Part shown: positions 12,401 to 25,760 of the stretch, one piece after another | How positions within the stretch are numbered: position 1 is the stretch's first letter | Layout: each line of letters starts with the position of its first letter | Source: Amphiscolops sp. MND2022 | Lineage: Eukaryota | Direction of reading: 5' to 3' | DNA: 64,000 bases | NCBI GenBank assembly: GCA_964187785.1 | Contig: OZ076409.1 | Location: 82,400,001-82,464,000 of the forward strand | Notes under the pieces: model-generated | Told to the model about the DNA's origin: nothing | Databases searched by the model: none | The model's input: the letters and a program-made list of their open reading frames with translations, nothing else | Made by a program: the position numbers and the translations under genes

Positions 12401-14672
12401 TCTCGCATGAAGCTCGAAAAAGCTGATAGGGCTCTGCTTAGTCCTTGTGCCAGGCGACGGTAGGCGAACGTCCTACTAGCAAAATTAAAAGCAAGTAACT
12501 CTACTGACCTTTGATCTGCCATTTGAAGGCAGTGATACGCCTGGAAGCAGTCAAGCTTGCAGAATAGTTTTTTCCCTGCTAGGTGTTGTGCCGCATCTGA
12601 GAGGGTGCTGACAGGGTGGTTGTTGTTGATGTAGTCATCTGCTATAAGTGCGTTGATTTTGCGCAGATCCACCAGTAGCCTCAGTTTGCCGTTGGGTTTC
12701 CGTTGTGCAAATATGGGACTGGCATACTTGGAGAAGGGGAGTGTCGTGATGATTCCGTATCGATGCATGAGGGCCAGTTCCACAGTCAGGTCTTCTTTGA
12801 GGTTGACTGGGACGGGTAGGCTCTGTGTGTAGACTGGTTTGTCATCTTGTGGTGTTAGGCTGACTTTGAATTGTGTGTTCATCCCTATGTCTAGCCGGTG
12901 TCGAGCGAAGATGTCGTTGAATTCGACAATGGTGTCCTCGAGGTTTTCACGGTCTTTGTTCGCAATCTGTGAATCTGTCCATTTGAACATGGATAGAAAT
13001 TTGTTTCGAGACTCTTCGTTTTCGGTTGGGTCAAGTTTTTCTAGCTCGGCAAGGTCTCGCAATTCTTTCAAGATTCGCTTTTGTATGGGCGAATGTTCCT
13101 GTTCGTTGCCGGGGTGTTCTGGGGTCGGAAACCAGAATTTCTCTTCATTGTCGTCGGGCCGCTCTACTTGCATTAGTGCATTGATGTACGTGACCGCATC
13201 GTCATGGTTAGTGAGGAGGTTTAGGGCGGCTATGTCAACTGGGCGTCAATCATCTTCGTTTCTTCGGGTTTCAGGATTTGCAGTTCTGCCATTTTGGTAT
13301 TGGTGGCTATTGTGTATGGGAAGTCTGTAGTGTTGGCGATTTTTATTTGTATCTTTTTGTCTCTGGCTGTTGTAATCGCTGGAGCTATTATTACCTTCGC
13401 GCATTCGTCGCATTGTGGTAGGGGTTGTATAGTGCCCGTTATTGAGTGTTCGATACTCACAGGGATTGTTGCGTAGATGATTCGGGTAGAGTGCGCTGGG
13501 ATTGTATGCTTGGCTTCGGTCTTTATCGTGATGGGTTTGGGATTGCACTTTTGTCTTTCGTCTGTGAGCGCCATCGTGATTTGGATCTTGGGAAAGTCCA
13601 TTGTTCCCTGTGCCGTGTCAAGGATTGCGGCATGCTTACGTAGGAACGCTAATCCAATTATAGGGAATGACGTTTGATTCATGATGATGAATGTTTCTTC
13701 AAAAGTGTAATCCCCTATTTTGAAACGTAGGGTGTACGTGGCAAGTGGTTGTTCTAATTCGGCGTTGGCATACTGCACTTTGAAAGGGGGTGGGGGTGCC
13801 TTATTGATGATGCACTGACTGGCGTGCTGTCGGAGTTTTTCAGCGTCCCTTTCGCTAATAGCGTTAATATACGCACCTGAGTCGACTAAGGCGTCGATTT
13901 TGACCGTGTTGAATTCGACTGGTAGGAAAAGCATTCGTTTTTTCTTCTTGAGCGCGATGGAAGACATTAACGGGATGTAGTCGTCGTCTTTGTCATGTTG
14001 GATGAATTCCTTGATGGTGTCTAGATCTTCAGGCAATTTTGAGGGACATTCCGTGATTTCTACGTCGTCATTCATGAATGTTGTGACGGGCGCGGTTTTT
14101 GGAGGGGTCACTGAAGGATGAGCATTTTCTCGTTTTCGTTTTTCTTGATGCGCCCATATGGTTTTGTCCTCGACGCAGTTGATGTTCTCAGCGTCTATTG
14201 GTGTGGACGTGATGGTGACGGGTACTGATGGGGTTGGTGTTGTTCTTTTGAGAATTGGCGATGGTGGTGATGGTAGGTCCATGATTTCTGTGGATTGAGC
14301 CTGGGGGTTTGAGACTTGTATTTTGAAGGAGAGTTTGTTAGTATCATAAATGGTTGGTTCATCCCAGGGATCGCATCTGTAGTCTCTATCATAGATGTAG
14401 ATACGTTCAGTTTTTGATTCTGGTAAGGGTCGCTTGAGTGTTGCGTAGTTATCTGGTGACTCTGTTATCCATTGAGGTAGTGGTGTTGGGTCGTTTGGAT
14501 GTCTGGCATTGTGTCGGAGTATCATGCCTACGTTCCATCGGCGTTGCCAGTCCTGAGTTGGTTCTTCATTACACTCTGTGAAAAAATCTTCTTCGTACCT
14601 ATTTGGGGGGTCTTCGATGGTGTACGCCCTCGCGTCTACTTTTTCCCCGATGCGTAGGCGCGGCGACTTCAG
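9467..14672 (-). pseudogene. pol: Pol of element A (PR, RT, RNase H, integrase), broken by several frameshifts
   Basis: ALVDSGA (protease), LRLLVDLRKIN and AQYVDDI (RT), MTDAS (RNase H), LTDKGSQF...NGILER (DDE integrase), WTGPY; C-terminus YNLRPNPRPN ends at TAG 9467-9469. Split across ORFs 13230-14525, 11572-13173, 10961-11707, 10218-10838 and 9595-10218. Confidence 0.95.
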
Positions 14673-14678
14673 TTTTTT
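14620..14678 (-). promoter_or_regulatory. -1 ribosomal frameshift signal, gag/pol of element A
   Basis: Heptamer A AAA AAC (14672-14678) just before the gag TGA, then stem CGCGCCTAC/GTAGACGCG; the -1 frame is open into the protease ORF. Confidence 0.75.
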
Positions 14679-16078
14679 GCTTGGGACGACGTCGTAGGTA
14701 CGGGTTGTTCGTCAATCTTGTTTGTTGGGATAGTGAACTCACGTTTGCGTTTCCTGGGGTCATTTGCCGCATTGGCTCCGTCCCAGCAATTTTCGGTTTT
14801 GTGCATTTTTCCACAAGTATCGCATTTGGGTTTAGCTGTATCTGTTGGTTTGGTGTCTGTGGTACTTGTTTTTGTGGCGTAGTACCTGTCTTTGCGGAGG
14901 CGACGGCATTGTGCCTTGTAATGTCCGTACTTCCCACAGTGGAAACAGTAACCTCTCTGCTGCTGTTCTTTCTTATCATCCGCCACTGCTGCGTCCACAG
15001 TGTTGAGGGGGACTAGGGTGGTTTCATCAGGCGCTCCTAGTCCGTTGAGTCGCATTTCGCGTTCAAGGTGTAAAACAATGTCATTATAGGGCTTATCTTC
15101 TAGGTAAGCTCTGTTAAGGATCTTTTTTACGTGATCCGGCATTTTAGCGTATATGGCTTTGTCGATGAACTTCTGGGCTTCTGAGCCAAACGCTTCTTTT
15201 GCGGTTTTTTGTAACGCGTCAAGAAATTCGTGTAGTTTTTGTTTAGTGGGGTCGAAGTGTAGCGCATCCCACTCGCATCTCGCTTTAGCGGATGATTGGA
15301 AATCGCCAAAGCGACGTTTGAATGCCGTTATGACTTCTTCTAGGTTGTCTTTTTTAGTGTCGTCTAGGTTGCAGTACGCTTGTAGTGCGTTTCCTCGTAG
15401 GAGTGAATGGAAGTAGTTGATTTTTTGCATCTCGGTTAAGTGAGGGTACATTTTGATATCATTTCGGAATAGGTCCTCAAAAAGTTCAAACTTTTCGGAC
15501 TTACCTTCGAAGACTGGAAGCGAAGCGGTGAGTGCTTTCGGCATCGGAAGTAGATTGGTAGCTGGAAATGTTTGCGGTTGTGGCGCGAACAGGATCTTAG
15601 ATGTTGAAGGACGGTCTTTTGTCTGTTCGTTGGGTGCGCGTTGTTGTTTCGGTCTTTTCGCGGGTTGGTTGGTAGAGTCATTGAGGACTCCTGTCACCAT
15701 GTTACGACTATTTACCGTTGTTGTTTTAGAGTTAGTCGCAGTGTGAATTTTGACGGGGGTAGACGTCCTTGCTACGGAGACATTCTCTGGTTCAGAGTCC
15801 GAGTCTTGAGCATTCATGTAGACAGTCTGTTTTTTGTTTAAAGGCGCTATCAGTTTTAACATTTCCTTCTGGTTTTCCGCAAGTAGTTTGGTGAGATCAG
15901 ACATAATCTCTTTTCTTAATGATGTTTTTATCTCAGCCAAGTTTTCTGGTTCTATCCTAGGGATCTTGCTAGAACTAGCTACAAGAGTTTCAGGCGGAAA
16001 GTTTTCGGGTATGGAGGTTTCAAAATCACCGGAGACTAGTTCTGCTACAGCCTTCTTTTTCTGACTTCTAGTTGTCAT
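14669..16078 (-). CDS. gag: Gag of element A (469 aa, intact, starts in the 5' LTR)
   Basis: Capsid-like region (LPVFEGKSEKFELFEDLF...KINYFHSLLRG) and zinc knuckles CFHCGKYGHYKAQC and CDTCGKMHKTENC. Confidence 0.93.
   Translation of the reverse strand: MTTRSQKKKAVAELVSGDFETSIPENFPPETLVASSSKIPRIEPENLAEIKTSLRKEIMSDLTKLLAENQKEMLKLIAPLNKKQTVYMNAQDSDSEPENVSVARTSTPVKIHTATNSKTTTVNSRNMVTGVLNDSTNQPAKRPKQQRAPNEQTKDRPSTSKILFAPQPQTFPATNLLPMPKALTASLPVFEGKSEKFELFEDLFRNDIKMYPHLTEMQKINYFHSLLRGNALQAYCNLDDTKKDNLEEVITAFKRRFGDFQSSAKARCEWDALHFDPTKQKLHEFLDALQKTAKEAFGSEAQKFIDKAIYAKMPDHVKKILNRAYLEDKPYNDIVLHLEREMRLNGLGAPDETTLVPLNTVDAAVADDKKEQQQRGYCFHCGKYGHYKAQCRRLRKDRYYATKTSTTDTKPTDTAKPKCDTCGKMHKTENCWDGANAANDPRKRKREFTIPTNKIDEQPVPTTSSQAKN
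15685..15699 (-). promoter_or_regulatory. Primer binding site of element A (TGGTGACAGGAGTCC; possibly tRNA-Leu)
   Basis: TGG-initial sequence flush with the 5' LTR; the first 11 nt are shared by elements A, B and C. The tRNA identity is inferred from resemblance to Leu acceptor stems. Confidence 0.85.
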
Positions 16079-17904
16079 TTTGCTTCAGAGGGAGAGAGAG
16101 GGTATCTTTGGAAAGGTTAAATTCTTCAAAGATTCGTTTTCGTTATAATAACGGAACTGAACTGATTGTTGGGAAAAAAAGTCAAGTTGGGAAAACTAAC
16201 TGATTTACATGTATGTATTACATATTTATACCTTCCCAGCATCATTTGTTCCTCACCTAAAAATTCCTAGGTATCACAAAAATCGGGTTTGTTCAACAAA
16301 AAGCGCTAATGATTCATATTATTTCAGTCCCGCGTCATAAAGTCAGGCATCAAAATTCCTAGTTACGTCAGCATTCCGTAAAATTTGTTGAAGTCATTTT
16401 TGTTCAGGCGGTTCATTTCCTGTTTGTGCTTCAAAATTGCGGTGAAATAGAAGTCTAGTTTTCATTTTCATCGACGCAAGCACGCCGGCGTGATCAATTA
16501 GTCAGATTCCTAACTTAGAAATTGAAATTCGAAGTAAAAGAATGAAACTCAAAAAATATCAACGGAACTGTGACGGAATGTGAATATTTTATGGCCAAAG
16601 ATACTTGAAAACCAAAATGAGGAACAAAGTGATGCTGAGAAGTCTTTAGGAAACGAATAGCTTGTGTAAATGCAAATTGTTACGAACTTTACATGTAATG
16701 GGAACTCAAAACAAGACATTTGATTTTAGCATCAAGTAATTGTCACGGAAACAGTCCGTTTATCAAGACTTGTTTAGCGGCTAACACACTGAGTATTCAG
16801 GCTTACTGGTTTAAGAAAGCGTATAAAAATACATCATACCACTCAGAAACAGATTGAACAAAGGTAGAAAAAGACTAGGAGAGGTTATTGGGATGATTAT
16901 CACTGCAACATATCAAAATTGGTACAAATTTCAAAACAACACGAACATTACGTTCATTTCATAATCCTATCTTACAGTACAACTATTCTTTACGTAAACT
17001 TAATCTTAGGATTCCCTGAGGTGTATGAATTCAGAAAAGTTCTTCCAAAAGATTCATTCATTACGAAGTTTCCTAGTTGCAATTTCTTAAGTTGCTCCGT
17101 AAATGCTCCGTACATGTTGTGGTTGCTTATGGTAGAGCGGTGGAATACAATTTTACAAACCGCTCCGTAAGTGATCCGTACGTAATAAGATTGCTTATAG
17201 CTGAGCAGCAGTAGCAAGCGGATTAGAAACGGAGAGCGTAGGCGAATTCATTCTCTTCTCTTAACTAGCAAGAGTTGCTAGGGGCAACCAAGCTTAATTT
17301 TATTGGTACCGGCTCGGATAATTCTGCCAACAAGCGACGCTATTGGTCCGTAAATATTGTAACGCCCGTCACCAGCTTAGTTGAGTGACGCTGTCATAAC
17401 GTTGTAAACATTTACTTAAGATCACTTGACTGCGGTATTAAGTAGATATTCAGCAACTACTTTAATATTGGAATACATTTCCACTCTATTTTTGTATGTT
17501 TTTCCATTTTAGATCTCATGGGCTCCGTTGGGATCTCGGAGTTAAATGTTGTTTCTGTGTTTTCATTTTAGTGTGGGGCGCCAAAATGATCCCGTTTGCA
17601 AAACTATTTAGTATTCAGATTGGAATGGAAAACTCAGAAGATAAAACCGGAATTAAAACGGCGTTGCGTGTGAAAACATTAGGCCGGAAGTTTTAGCTAG
17701 TTTAAAATCATTTCTGAAAATCTTCCGTAACGTTTACGTTGAATTCCGTATTTAGAGAATTATTCGCGCTTATTTAATTGTAAGTAGAATTTTGATTTGA
17801 TTAGTTTAATAAAGTTTAAAAGTATTTTCTGTGCCCTTGTCCTCTGCCGAATCCCGGTATTCCATAGCAGCAAGTAAAATTACGACCGGGAGCGGGTCGT
17901 GACA
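15700..17904 (-). repeat. 5' LTR of element A (2205 bp)
   Basis: Near-identical to 1730-3935; PBS directly adjacent. Confidence 0.96.
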
Positions 17905-20900
17905 GTATCAGCTTTCAGTATAATCTCATAACCATTATGTCGACGATTGTAATCGAATTTGGGGCATCTTCGATAGTTTGGATGGCCTTGTTCAGTTGCT
18001 GGCATTCATGTTCATCTTAGTTACTTGACTATGTTTTAGTTACTTGACTATTTTACTAGTTTACCAGCGATAGTTAGAACTGAGTTACTTCAATTATGGT
18101 GTCTCAGTCAGGTTGTAGGTCCTGGAATCGAACCCGGACTGCTGATTTATTTTTTAGGTTTCCCAGCCAGTAGGTCGTGGGGAATCGAACCTCTCCTTCG
18201 GCTTACATGTTTTGCATTATCGTGTCGCAGAAAATATCCCGGTGCTTAGCGGGCGTCTTGTTATTATTCTTAGCTCTCCCGCTTCTTGTTCCTGTAAAAG
18301 GATCGAACGTACATTTAGCAGTAATTTGCTGGCTCCTGCTTCTAGGTTAATTTTCAGGGCGAGGTTTTTTCTTTCTGTGTTGTTGTACAATAGCTCTCGG
18401 AGACACTCGTCCGGTTTAATATTTTTTTCTCTGTCTCGTCTAGTTTGATATTGTGAATATTAGGTCTTTGGTTGTTGAATTCAATGCCAATGGTAGCCGT
18501 TGCAACCAATCGAAGCCATTAACGTTGTTATCTTTGCTATTGTAACTCAGAGCAGTATACGAAGCGTATCGTGGTTTGGTTTCAACAATGTTTTTAATTG
18601 TCCGATGAAAAAGTATTTGCAAATTAAATCTTGTCATATAAATCTTTGCAATTTGTACTCAGTTTATCTGCTTTTGAGATTTCGTTGAGTGGGAATTGTG
18701 GCACTAGTGTTACTGATGACCTGCTCTGTATTATGATCTTTATTGAAACGTTGTTGACAAAAACTGTTTGCAAGATAACATTCCCCTTTCTTCTTGTCGT
18801 TATTTACGTTCTGCAATTTATTATAGTGCTAATTATCGTCTCCTGTTTATGATCTTACTCGTGTGCTGTTTCTTTTTGGAAAACCTGCAATCGACTGTTC
18901 TGCCTGGACCGTTGTGTCGCCTCGACCAGCTTGGTGTTCCTGTTTGTCCGAATCGGTTACTTTTGTGTTCGTTTCTTTGATAATCCGGTCGTCCTTTGAA
19001 TTTATCATCACTATTTTTCAAAACTATTTTCTTTTCGAAGTAGTTGATGTACGTGTTTTACATGTCTGCCGTCATTTGAGTTGTTTGAGCCATTCAATCG
19101 ATCGTACACGTGCATTACGGACAAGAACTTCCTGCTGTTTTTGAAAACTGACCCTTGTTGAAGTTGCCTATTTTTTGCCTTTTCTCTGATTTAGCCTCCA
19201 TTGTTTGTAACCTCCATGGTTTTGTGATACTCCGCTCTATATGGAAACTTTAGGTGGAAATTTTCACTGCTCTCTTCGGCTTTGATGAAGCTGCTTGAAA
19301 ACATCATCACGTATTTGGGGACAATTTCAAAAGGTTTTCGGGAAAAGTCTATTTTTAAATGCAACCAAATTGTTATTAACGGTAACACCATTAAATTGCG
19401 AAACAACATGGTAGTAGTAAGATGGTGAGCAGATCAGGTGGGGGTGGAAGACCTCCATGTTTTAATATAGGCTATAGCGTCTCGGCTCGAATCATGTTGT
19501 CTTCCACCCCTGGATTTGTTTGGGTTCGTCTCTGATTGTTTGACGACTCGTGTTGGGTTCGATTTTGGTTGGCTGACGACTCGAGTCGTGCTGATTAACT
19601 CGGGTGTGCTTGATTTTGATTGCTTTACTGTATGGAGCCGAGTGATTGTCAATGAATAAAGATGTGCTCAATGTATAAAGATAGGAAATACCTTCGGTAA
19701 TGTTTTTAGTTAGTGAATAGGTATTTTCGGCACTGTGCAACATTTTCGGCAATGTGAGACTTTGGGCAAAATTACAATTTTGGGTGCTCGCCGCCGCCCG
19801 CGGGGATGACTTTACCCGCCCCGTAAAATTTTATCCGCCTGCGGAGTATTCAATCCGCCACCGGAAAATTCATCTGCAATTCCGACTGGTTTTTCGTGCT
19901 GGATTCTGATTGGCAGACGCCTCGTCTCAATGTATAAAAGTATAGAAACGAGTGTCAGCTGATAAATCAAGATATGCTATAGCTTCGTCAAAGTATACAG
20001 ATAGGAAAAAGTGTCGAGAAATATCATCAGCTAATACCGTCAGCAAAGTATTAAGATTGGGAATAGGGTTTTTGGGCATAGTGGGTCCTTTTTCGGCACT
20101 GTGAGACTTTGGGTAAAATGCGTTTTTGCGAGCACCAGGACCCAGGGGAATGTTTTCACCCACATTCGCAAATGATGATCCTGGTATGGAAGGTTTTTCC
20201 GCCTGTGGGATATTTTATCAACTGAGTTTGTTGAGCTAGAAATTGACTGCTCTGTTAGTAAAAAAATCTTGAAATGGAAAAAATTGCAATTATACTGTAT
20301 AAATGAATCAATTCGACTGCTATAAAATGTACAGAAATGTTGATCAGGCGAGATTGAGTTCATTTTTTGAACAATAAGTTTTGGGTAAATGTAGTTAGAG
20401 GCATTTTGTCTCTTCGTACATACCCATATTGCCAGCAATAGAACAAAGCACTGACTTCATGTCACTTTGTCTTGCAAAATTCTTCCAGATTTAGAATTGG
20501 GCTATCACCGCTGCTTTCTATTGTTCTCTTATTCAATCAGTTGCGGTAACAATTTAAACGAGTGAAGAAGAATCATAAAAGCACGTCTTGCAGCACCCAC
20601 ACAGCAATTCCGTGCAACGGAATTCTGCCTTGCAAAGACTAGGTTCGAGCTTGTTATGCTTTTTATTTCGTTCAACAAGTACGGAAAAATTAGACAGTAG
20701 GCATTTGTCAGAAACTCGTCCTTACAATGAGATAATCACAGGGTTAATCACTCTTCTTTCATTTGAGATCTTGTACAATCACACAATTCTCCCTCGGTTT
20801 AGGCAATATATAGTGATTTGGTGCCCGTTTCAACATACAAACAATAAATGACGGAGATGTAGTAACAGTTCTAAATTCAGAATACTGCAGGAGGAAACAA

Positions 20901-22135
20901 GCATGTGTTCGCAGTGGTAACTCTTGTACAGTCGCACATTGATAACATTCAATCATTTGACTGCCTCCATCCATAAATTTTTGAGTACGATCTGTAGGCA
21001 AGCAAGAATGTTGTCTCAGCTACAACACTCTAGTCTGTAGTCGCATCCATTTTTCTCTTCGCGTCAGTCACCGACTCCAAAAAGCCGTACAAAGAATTCA
21101 ATTGTAAATTATTGACCAAGTCGTTCTTTAATAGTAACTTACAAAACCAAAGCTCCAACAGAAGTGTTTTCAGAATGCGTCAACTGAGAATTAAAGAGTA
21201 ACTGACAACAACCAGTTTCCTCATTCGAGTCTAACTAACTAGTAAATTGTATGCTTTGCGATGACAAATACGACATTGCAGTGCAAGTAACAAGGTCCGG
21301 AAGAGACTGGGGTTATGATAAACAATTCGTGTATCTTCTTTGTCTCCTGGGGTGAAAACCTCATGATTGTGAGCAACTAGTCTGGTAGCTTTACGGATAA
21401 TAAGGGCCAAGCGGTACAACGTGCAATTTTTGTGAAGTGTGGAAAATTGTGGTAGTCGTTATTTGGTCTTGACACGTTCAAGTCTCCCTCCTGGAACGAT
21501 TATTAGGCATAAAGTGAATACATGCTGTTTGAACACAGTAGTTGAATCTGGATTTCCAATTTCCCTCAGCTGATGCTGCAATTGGGTGATATTTTCGTTT
21601 GTACAACGAATAAGGACGCTTTCAACCATAACCACTGAAGTAAAATGTACACAGTTAATTTCATGGATTTAAAACTCAATTCTTGTGGACTCAATACAGA
21701 ATTAAGCAATTGAATTTGTTGAAAGCATAGGTCGCACAATGTATTAAATATTAAATATCAAAAAATGGAAACTGACACATATCGCAACAAATCTGTATCA
21801 ATACGAAAACAACTCGATTGTTAAGCTGTTAACAGAATAATGATAAAATGGCGGAACGATCAGTCAACATTTTCAATCTACCTTTAATGGAATGTATGAG
21901 TCACTTTACCATAAAAGGGAGCGTAAACCTACCATAAAAAGAAAAAGTAATTACGTACTAGAGTCAGCGTTGCCTTCAAAGTATATGTCAATCAATTTAT
22001 ATCTCTGTGAAATTTATAATTTAGGGTTGTGATTCAACTATCGAAAACAACTTACAATATCCATTTAACAAAAAAGGCTTCAACTAGAAAAATGGATAAG
22101 CTTGCAAACATCCTTCTCAATTAGAAAACGAAACT

Positions 22136-24290
22136 TTACGCAAAGAATGTTTGCAATTGAGCTCTATAAAAATTAATCAAAAACGGATCAAAATCGAGCA
22201 TTTTATTAAATTGGTAATAAAATTTAAAAAGTGATTCAGATAAACAACACTTCACCACCACGTAAAAGGAACGTACAAATTTATCCTTTAGAAAGGGTAA
22301 ACAGGTCAATGTCATCAAATTTGATTGATACACACGGCTTTACGTTCTTGATCACTGTTGACTTGATACTACATTTCTTGACAAGTATGGGTAAAAGATA
22401 CATATTCACAAAGTACACACCATGATTGTAATTTTTGACTTCAAACACGGACAAAAGATTGCAATGTCTTTCCAAGGGTTCCTTCAGCTCAATCAATTGC
22501 TTCTTTTGCATTTGTAGGAATTGTGTTGATTGCGGGATCCCCTCCTTTGAATCATCCCTGCAACACTCATCTTCAAAGTCGAGAGTAGCTTCTTGATTCG
22601 ATTGGAGCTCATTCAAAGACTCCATTACGCATGACAGTTTACTATTGATAGAAATTTCTGCTTCAAAAAAATGCGCTCGCATTTGAGTTTTAACCTCAGT
22701 AGCTAAATTCTCCAGTGCATCGACAAACGACGATATCAATTCACGTGGATTAGAACTGCGAAGAACAACAGGATGTGGACGTAAGTTCTTTGAAATTGAT
22801 ACTGCTGTTGGAATGTGTTTTTCAATCCATGTTGTCGTCTCTGTGCCTGTGATGTCTTCTTCTTCCAGTACGCACATTGTCTCCAAGTGAAAAATGGCCG
22901 CTTTTGCTAAGAGTTTCTCCTTGTCTGGGTATGGTATATTGAAAAAGTCAAACTTCTCAAAAGGGTTCGCATTCAACCATTCTCCACTCTTGGAAGAAAC
23001 ATTGTTTGCTCTCCCAAGGCAAGGTGCTGAAATTCGTTCAAGATTGATTGGTTGACAAAAAACACTCACAAGTCGGGCAACAGAATGGGTTGAAGATCGC
23101 TTGAATGTTTGTTACATAGTAAAGCTGACTGCTGTAGCGTAGCAACCTAACAGTATTGGAATGCTTCTGCAGGCTCCATCTGACAAGCTCACCCACGAAG
23201 GATCCGTGCACAATGTCAACATCGTACAAAATATTGTTTATCCCAAGAATTTCTTCCGCTGTCTGTATATCATTCAGGCAAACACCTGGAAAGGTTGCAG
23301 ACTCAGTTTTCCCTATCTCGTTCATGAAGAGCTGGAACAATTCACCAGTTCTCTCTTCTGACCTCTCATCTCCGTGCAGTTGTGTCGCCAAGGGTTTCAA
23401 AAAAGGTAAATTCACACAAGTGTTTTGGTTTCAAGTGAGACAGTTAATAAATCGTTCCTTCAAAAGATGGTCCAATAAAACTGCATTTCTACAACCCACT
23501 GTAAGTTTTTTTAGTAAAACTGCAAAGACTGTAACATTTGTCAACTTCAAAAACTGCCATTTTAAGTCAACCATTATGCAAGTACAAGCAGCTATGACAT
23601 TGTTTGCAGCAATAATTGCTTTAAAGTGTTTCAGGTCGTCCCCTGTATTCAAAAGTTTGTTTTTCTCCAGCATTGAATTTTTTCCTTCTCCAGCATTGAT
23701 TGTTTTTCTCCAGCCTTGAACAAATCGACAACGTGAGTCCTCAATATTTTTGATTACAAAACCGAAAGCTAAAATGACTTTAGATGCGTATTCCAAGAGG
23801 CTAAATACGTCATCCAGCTTGGAATCGAGTTTTTCAATACTGAAAATTTCCGATGCGAAGTTGAATGTAACGTGATCTCCTTGCTCCAATTCCCAATCAA
23901 CCAAAAATTGCTGATACGCACATTTCTCTTTTCTAGCGTTCGCGCTGATGGGATCGTTGAGAACTGGACCTACACGTGGACAGTGTAAGCGAGTTCCTAA
24001 CTGTTTTGTTGAATGCTCCCTGCTTTTAGGTTCTCCCGGTGGAAAAAAACCCCAGAAATTTCGTGTGACACACTTTACATTTCGATGTAACGTTAAGTTT
24101 CACATTTTGCTGCTTCACAATACTGTAAATCAATTCAACTTGGATTGTTGTTGAGAAATTAAAGCAATTGTGACAGTAAATAATTTGAACCGAACATCTT
24201 TTTCTTTAATGAACAGAATGCTTCCTTTCTGTTTGTGTCCCACTTTTTTCGATCAAAGTTCGTTCATTTCCAGCAAGAACACGCATCGTA
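22136..24290 (-). pseudogene. Inverted left-arm copy of the degenerate pPolB-like region
   Basis: ORFs 23431-23904, 23038-23415 and 22281-23069 are homologous to 29137-31111. Confidence 0.65.
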
Positions 24291-25334
24291 ACAAGGTAAC
24301 GCAACAAATCTGTATCTCTACGGACGAAACTCCTCAGTAAAACAGTAAACAGAATAATGAAAAAATGACAAGTCATTTCAATTCTTAAATCTGCCTTTTA
24401 TGGAAAGTAAGAGTCACTGAACCATAAAAGGAAGTATCAACCTTTATTGAAAGGAAAAATTAATCACGCAATAGTGTCTGCGTTCTCTCTAATGTACCTG
24501 CAATCATTTTGCTTCTCTGTGGAAGTTGATTGCTCAAGTAGAACACGCTCCTCTCAAGTAACGACGCATTGTCCAGGAAAATCACCCAAGTGGAACAAAT
24601 CCCCTCAGTAGGACGTTGCGCTGTCTGATAAAACAACTCAAGCGGAATGAATCCCCTGGGAACGACGTCGCATTGTCTGGGAAAGATACTCTTGGTGAAT
24701 GATATCCCTTAGTAAGACGCAGCAGTTACTGCAAAAATCACCATCCAAAACAATAAATTATCTTTTTCTAAAGATAGATAGCGTGCGTAGCTGAGAGATG
24801 ATTACACTTTCGTCTTTTCTCCTCAAGCATCAATTTCCAACAAAGAAATTTCTCAAAAATTCCAAAAATGGAAAAGTTCAAATGTTACCCCTAAAGTAGC
24901 AATATCATTATAAAATGGAAGTAGCACGAGTAGTAATGATACTGTTAAAAGAAACGCGTTTTCACAAGATTTCTCACACTGACCCATTGTGGGTTGAGTC
25001 AATCAAAAGTCAATAATATACTAATTTTACTTGGCTTTGTATTAATGCATTGAATTGCCTAAAAGTTTTACATTATTCAATTGGCTAACAAAATGGAGCA
25101 GTTTTACGTTTCACAATCAAGAGGAGATTGTTTATATTGTACATCGAATTGTACATCTAACGTTCATTATTAATGAGCTTCTCTTATGTAGTGTATCATT
25201 CTTGATTTTTGTATCAAACCCATTGTACTTGATCAATCAATGACTATGCAGTAATAAACAGATCTTGCTCACAAAGCACTCATCCACTTGATTAGCTACA
25301 AAAATGTGTTGAAGTTGAAATAATTTATTTTTCT

Positions 25335-25760
25335 TCATAAAACACTAGACAACAAATCACCGATTGAATAGTTGCTCGAACCATGTACCAAAAGTTTTTG
25401 GCTTTTTTCAGCGTACTGAAAAGTTGCTCGATGTCTGTAGGGATACCTGGAACACAACCATTCACAATTGAGTTCTTGAATCTTAGGACTTTCACAGTCA
25501 TCTAAACTTTCGACCTGCTTGCCAAGTAACGCGCTCAACAGTGTGCCTTTTTCCAATCGTTTGGCAAGGAATTCGGCTCTGTACTGCTGGGGACTAGTCA
25601 AAATCTTTGTAACGTCATTGTAGTCCAGAGCACCGCTTCTCCAATCAATTTTGTGCAATGTATATGTGCACCAGTGTGTTTGGAATGATGATAAAAAACT
25701 TGTTGGTGGTTTGAATGAATATCTAAATACTTGTCCGTTAATAAAAACGCCCAATTTTGA
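25335..25760 (-). pseudogene. Left-arm copy of the DEDD-like ORF, lacking the N-terminus
   Basis: LGVFINGQVFRYSFKPP...HKIDWRSGALDY matches ORF 27627; the LDVE segment is absent. Confidence 0.5.

Larger units (their letters stand above)
1730..17904 (-). mobile_element. Full-length Ty3/Gypsy LTR retrotransposon (element A) with accessory genes
   Basis: Direct repeats 1730-3935 and 15700-17904 with TGTTACGAC...GTCGTGACA ends; TSD GTATC at 1725-1729 and 17905-17909; gag followed by PR-RT-RNaseH-IN on the minus strand. Confidence 0.97.

Noticed and set aside
11286..16064. Plus-strand ORFs over gag/pol (also 44078-49424) and minus-strand ORFs over the accessory genes
   Set aside because: Shadow frames of real coding sequence with no independent features.
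18110..18200. tRNA genes suggested by two GGTTCGATTCC motifs on the minus strand
   Set aside because: No cloverleaf or convincing A-box could be built.
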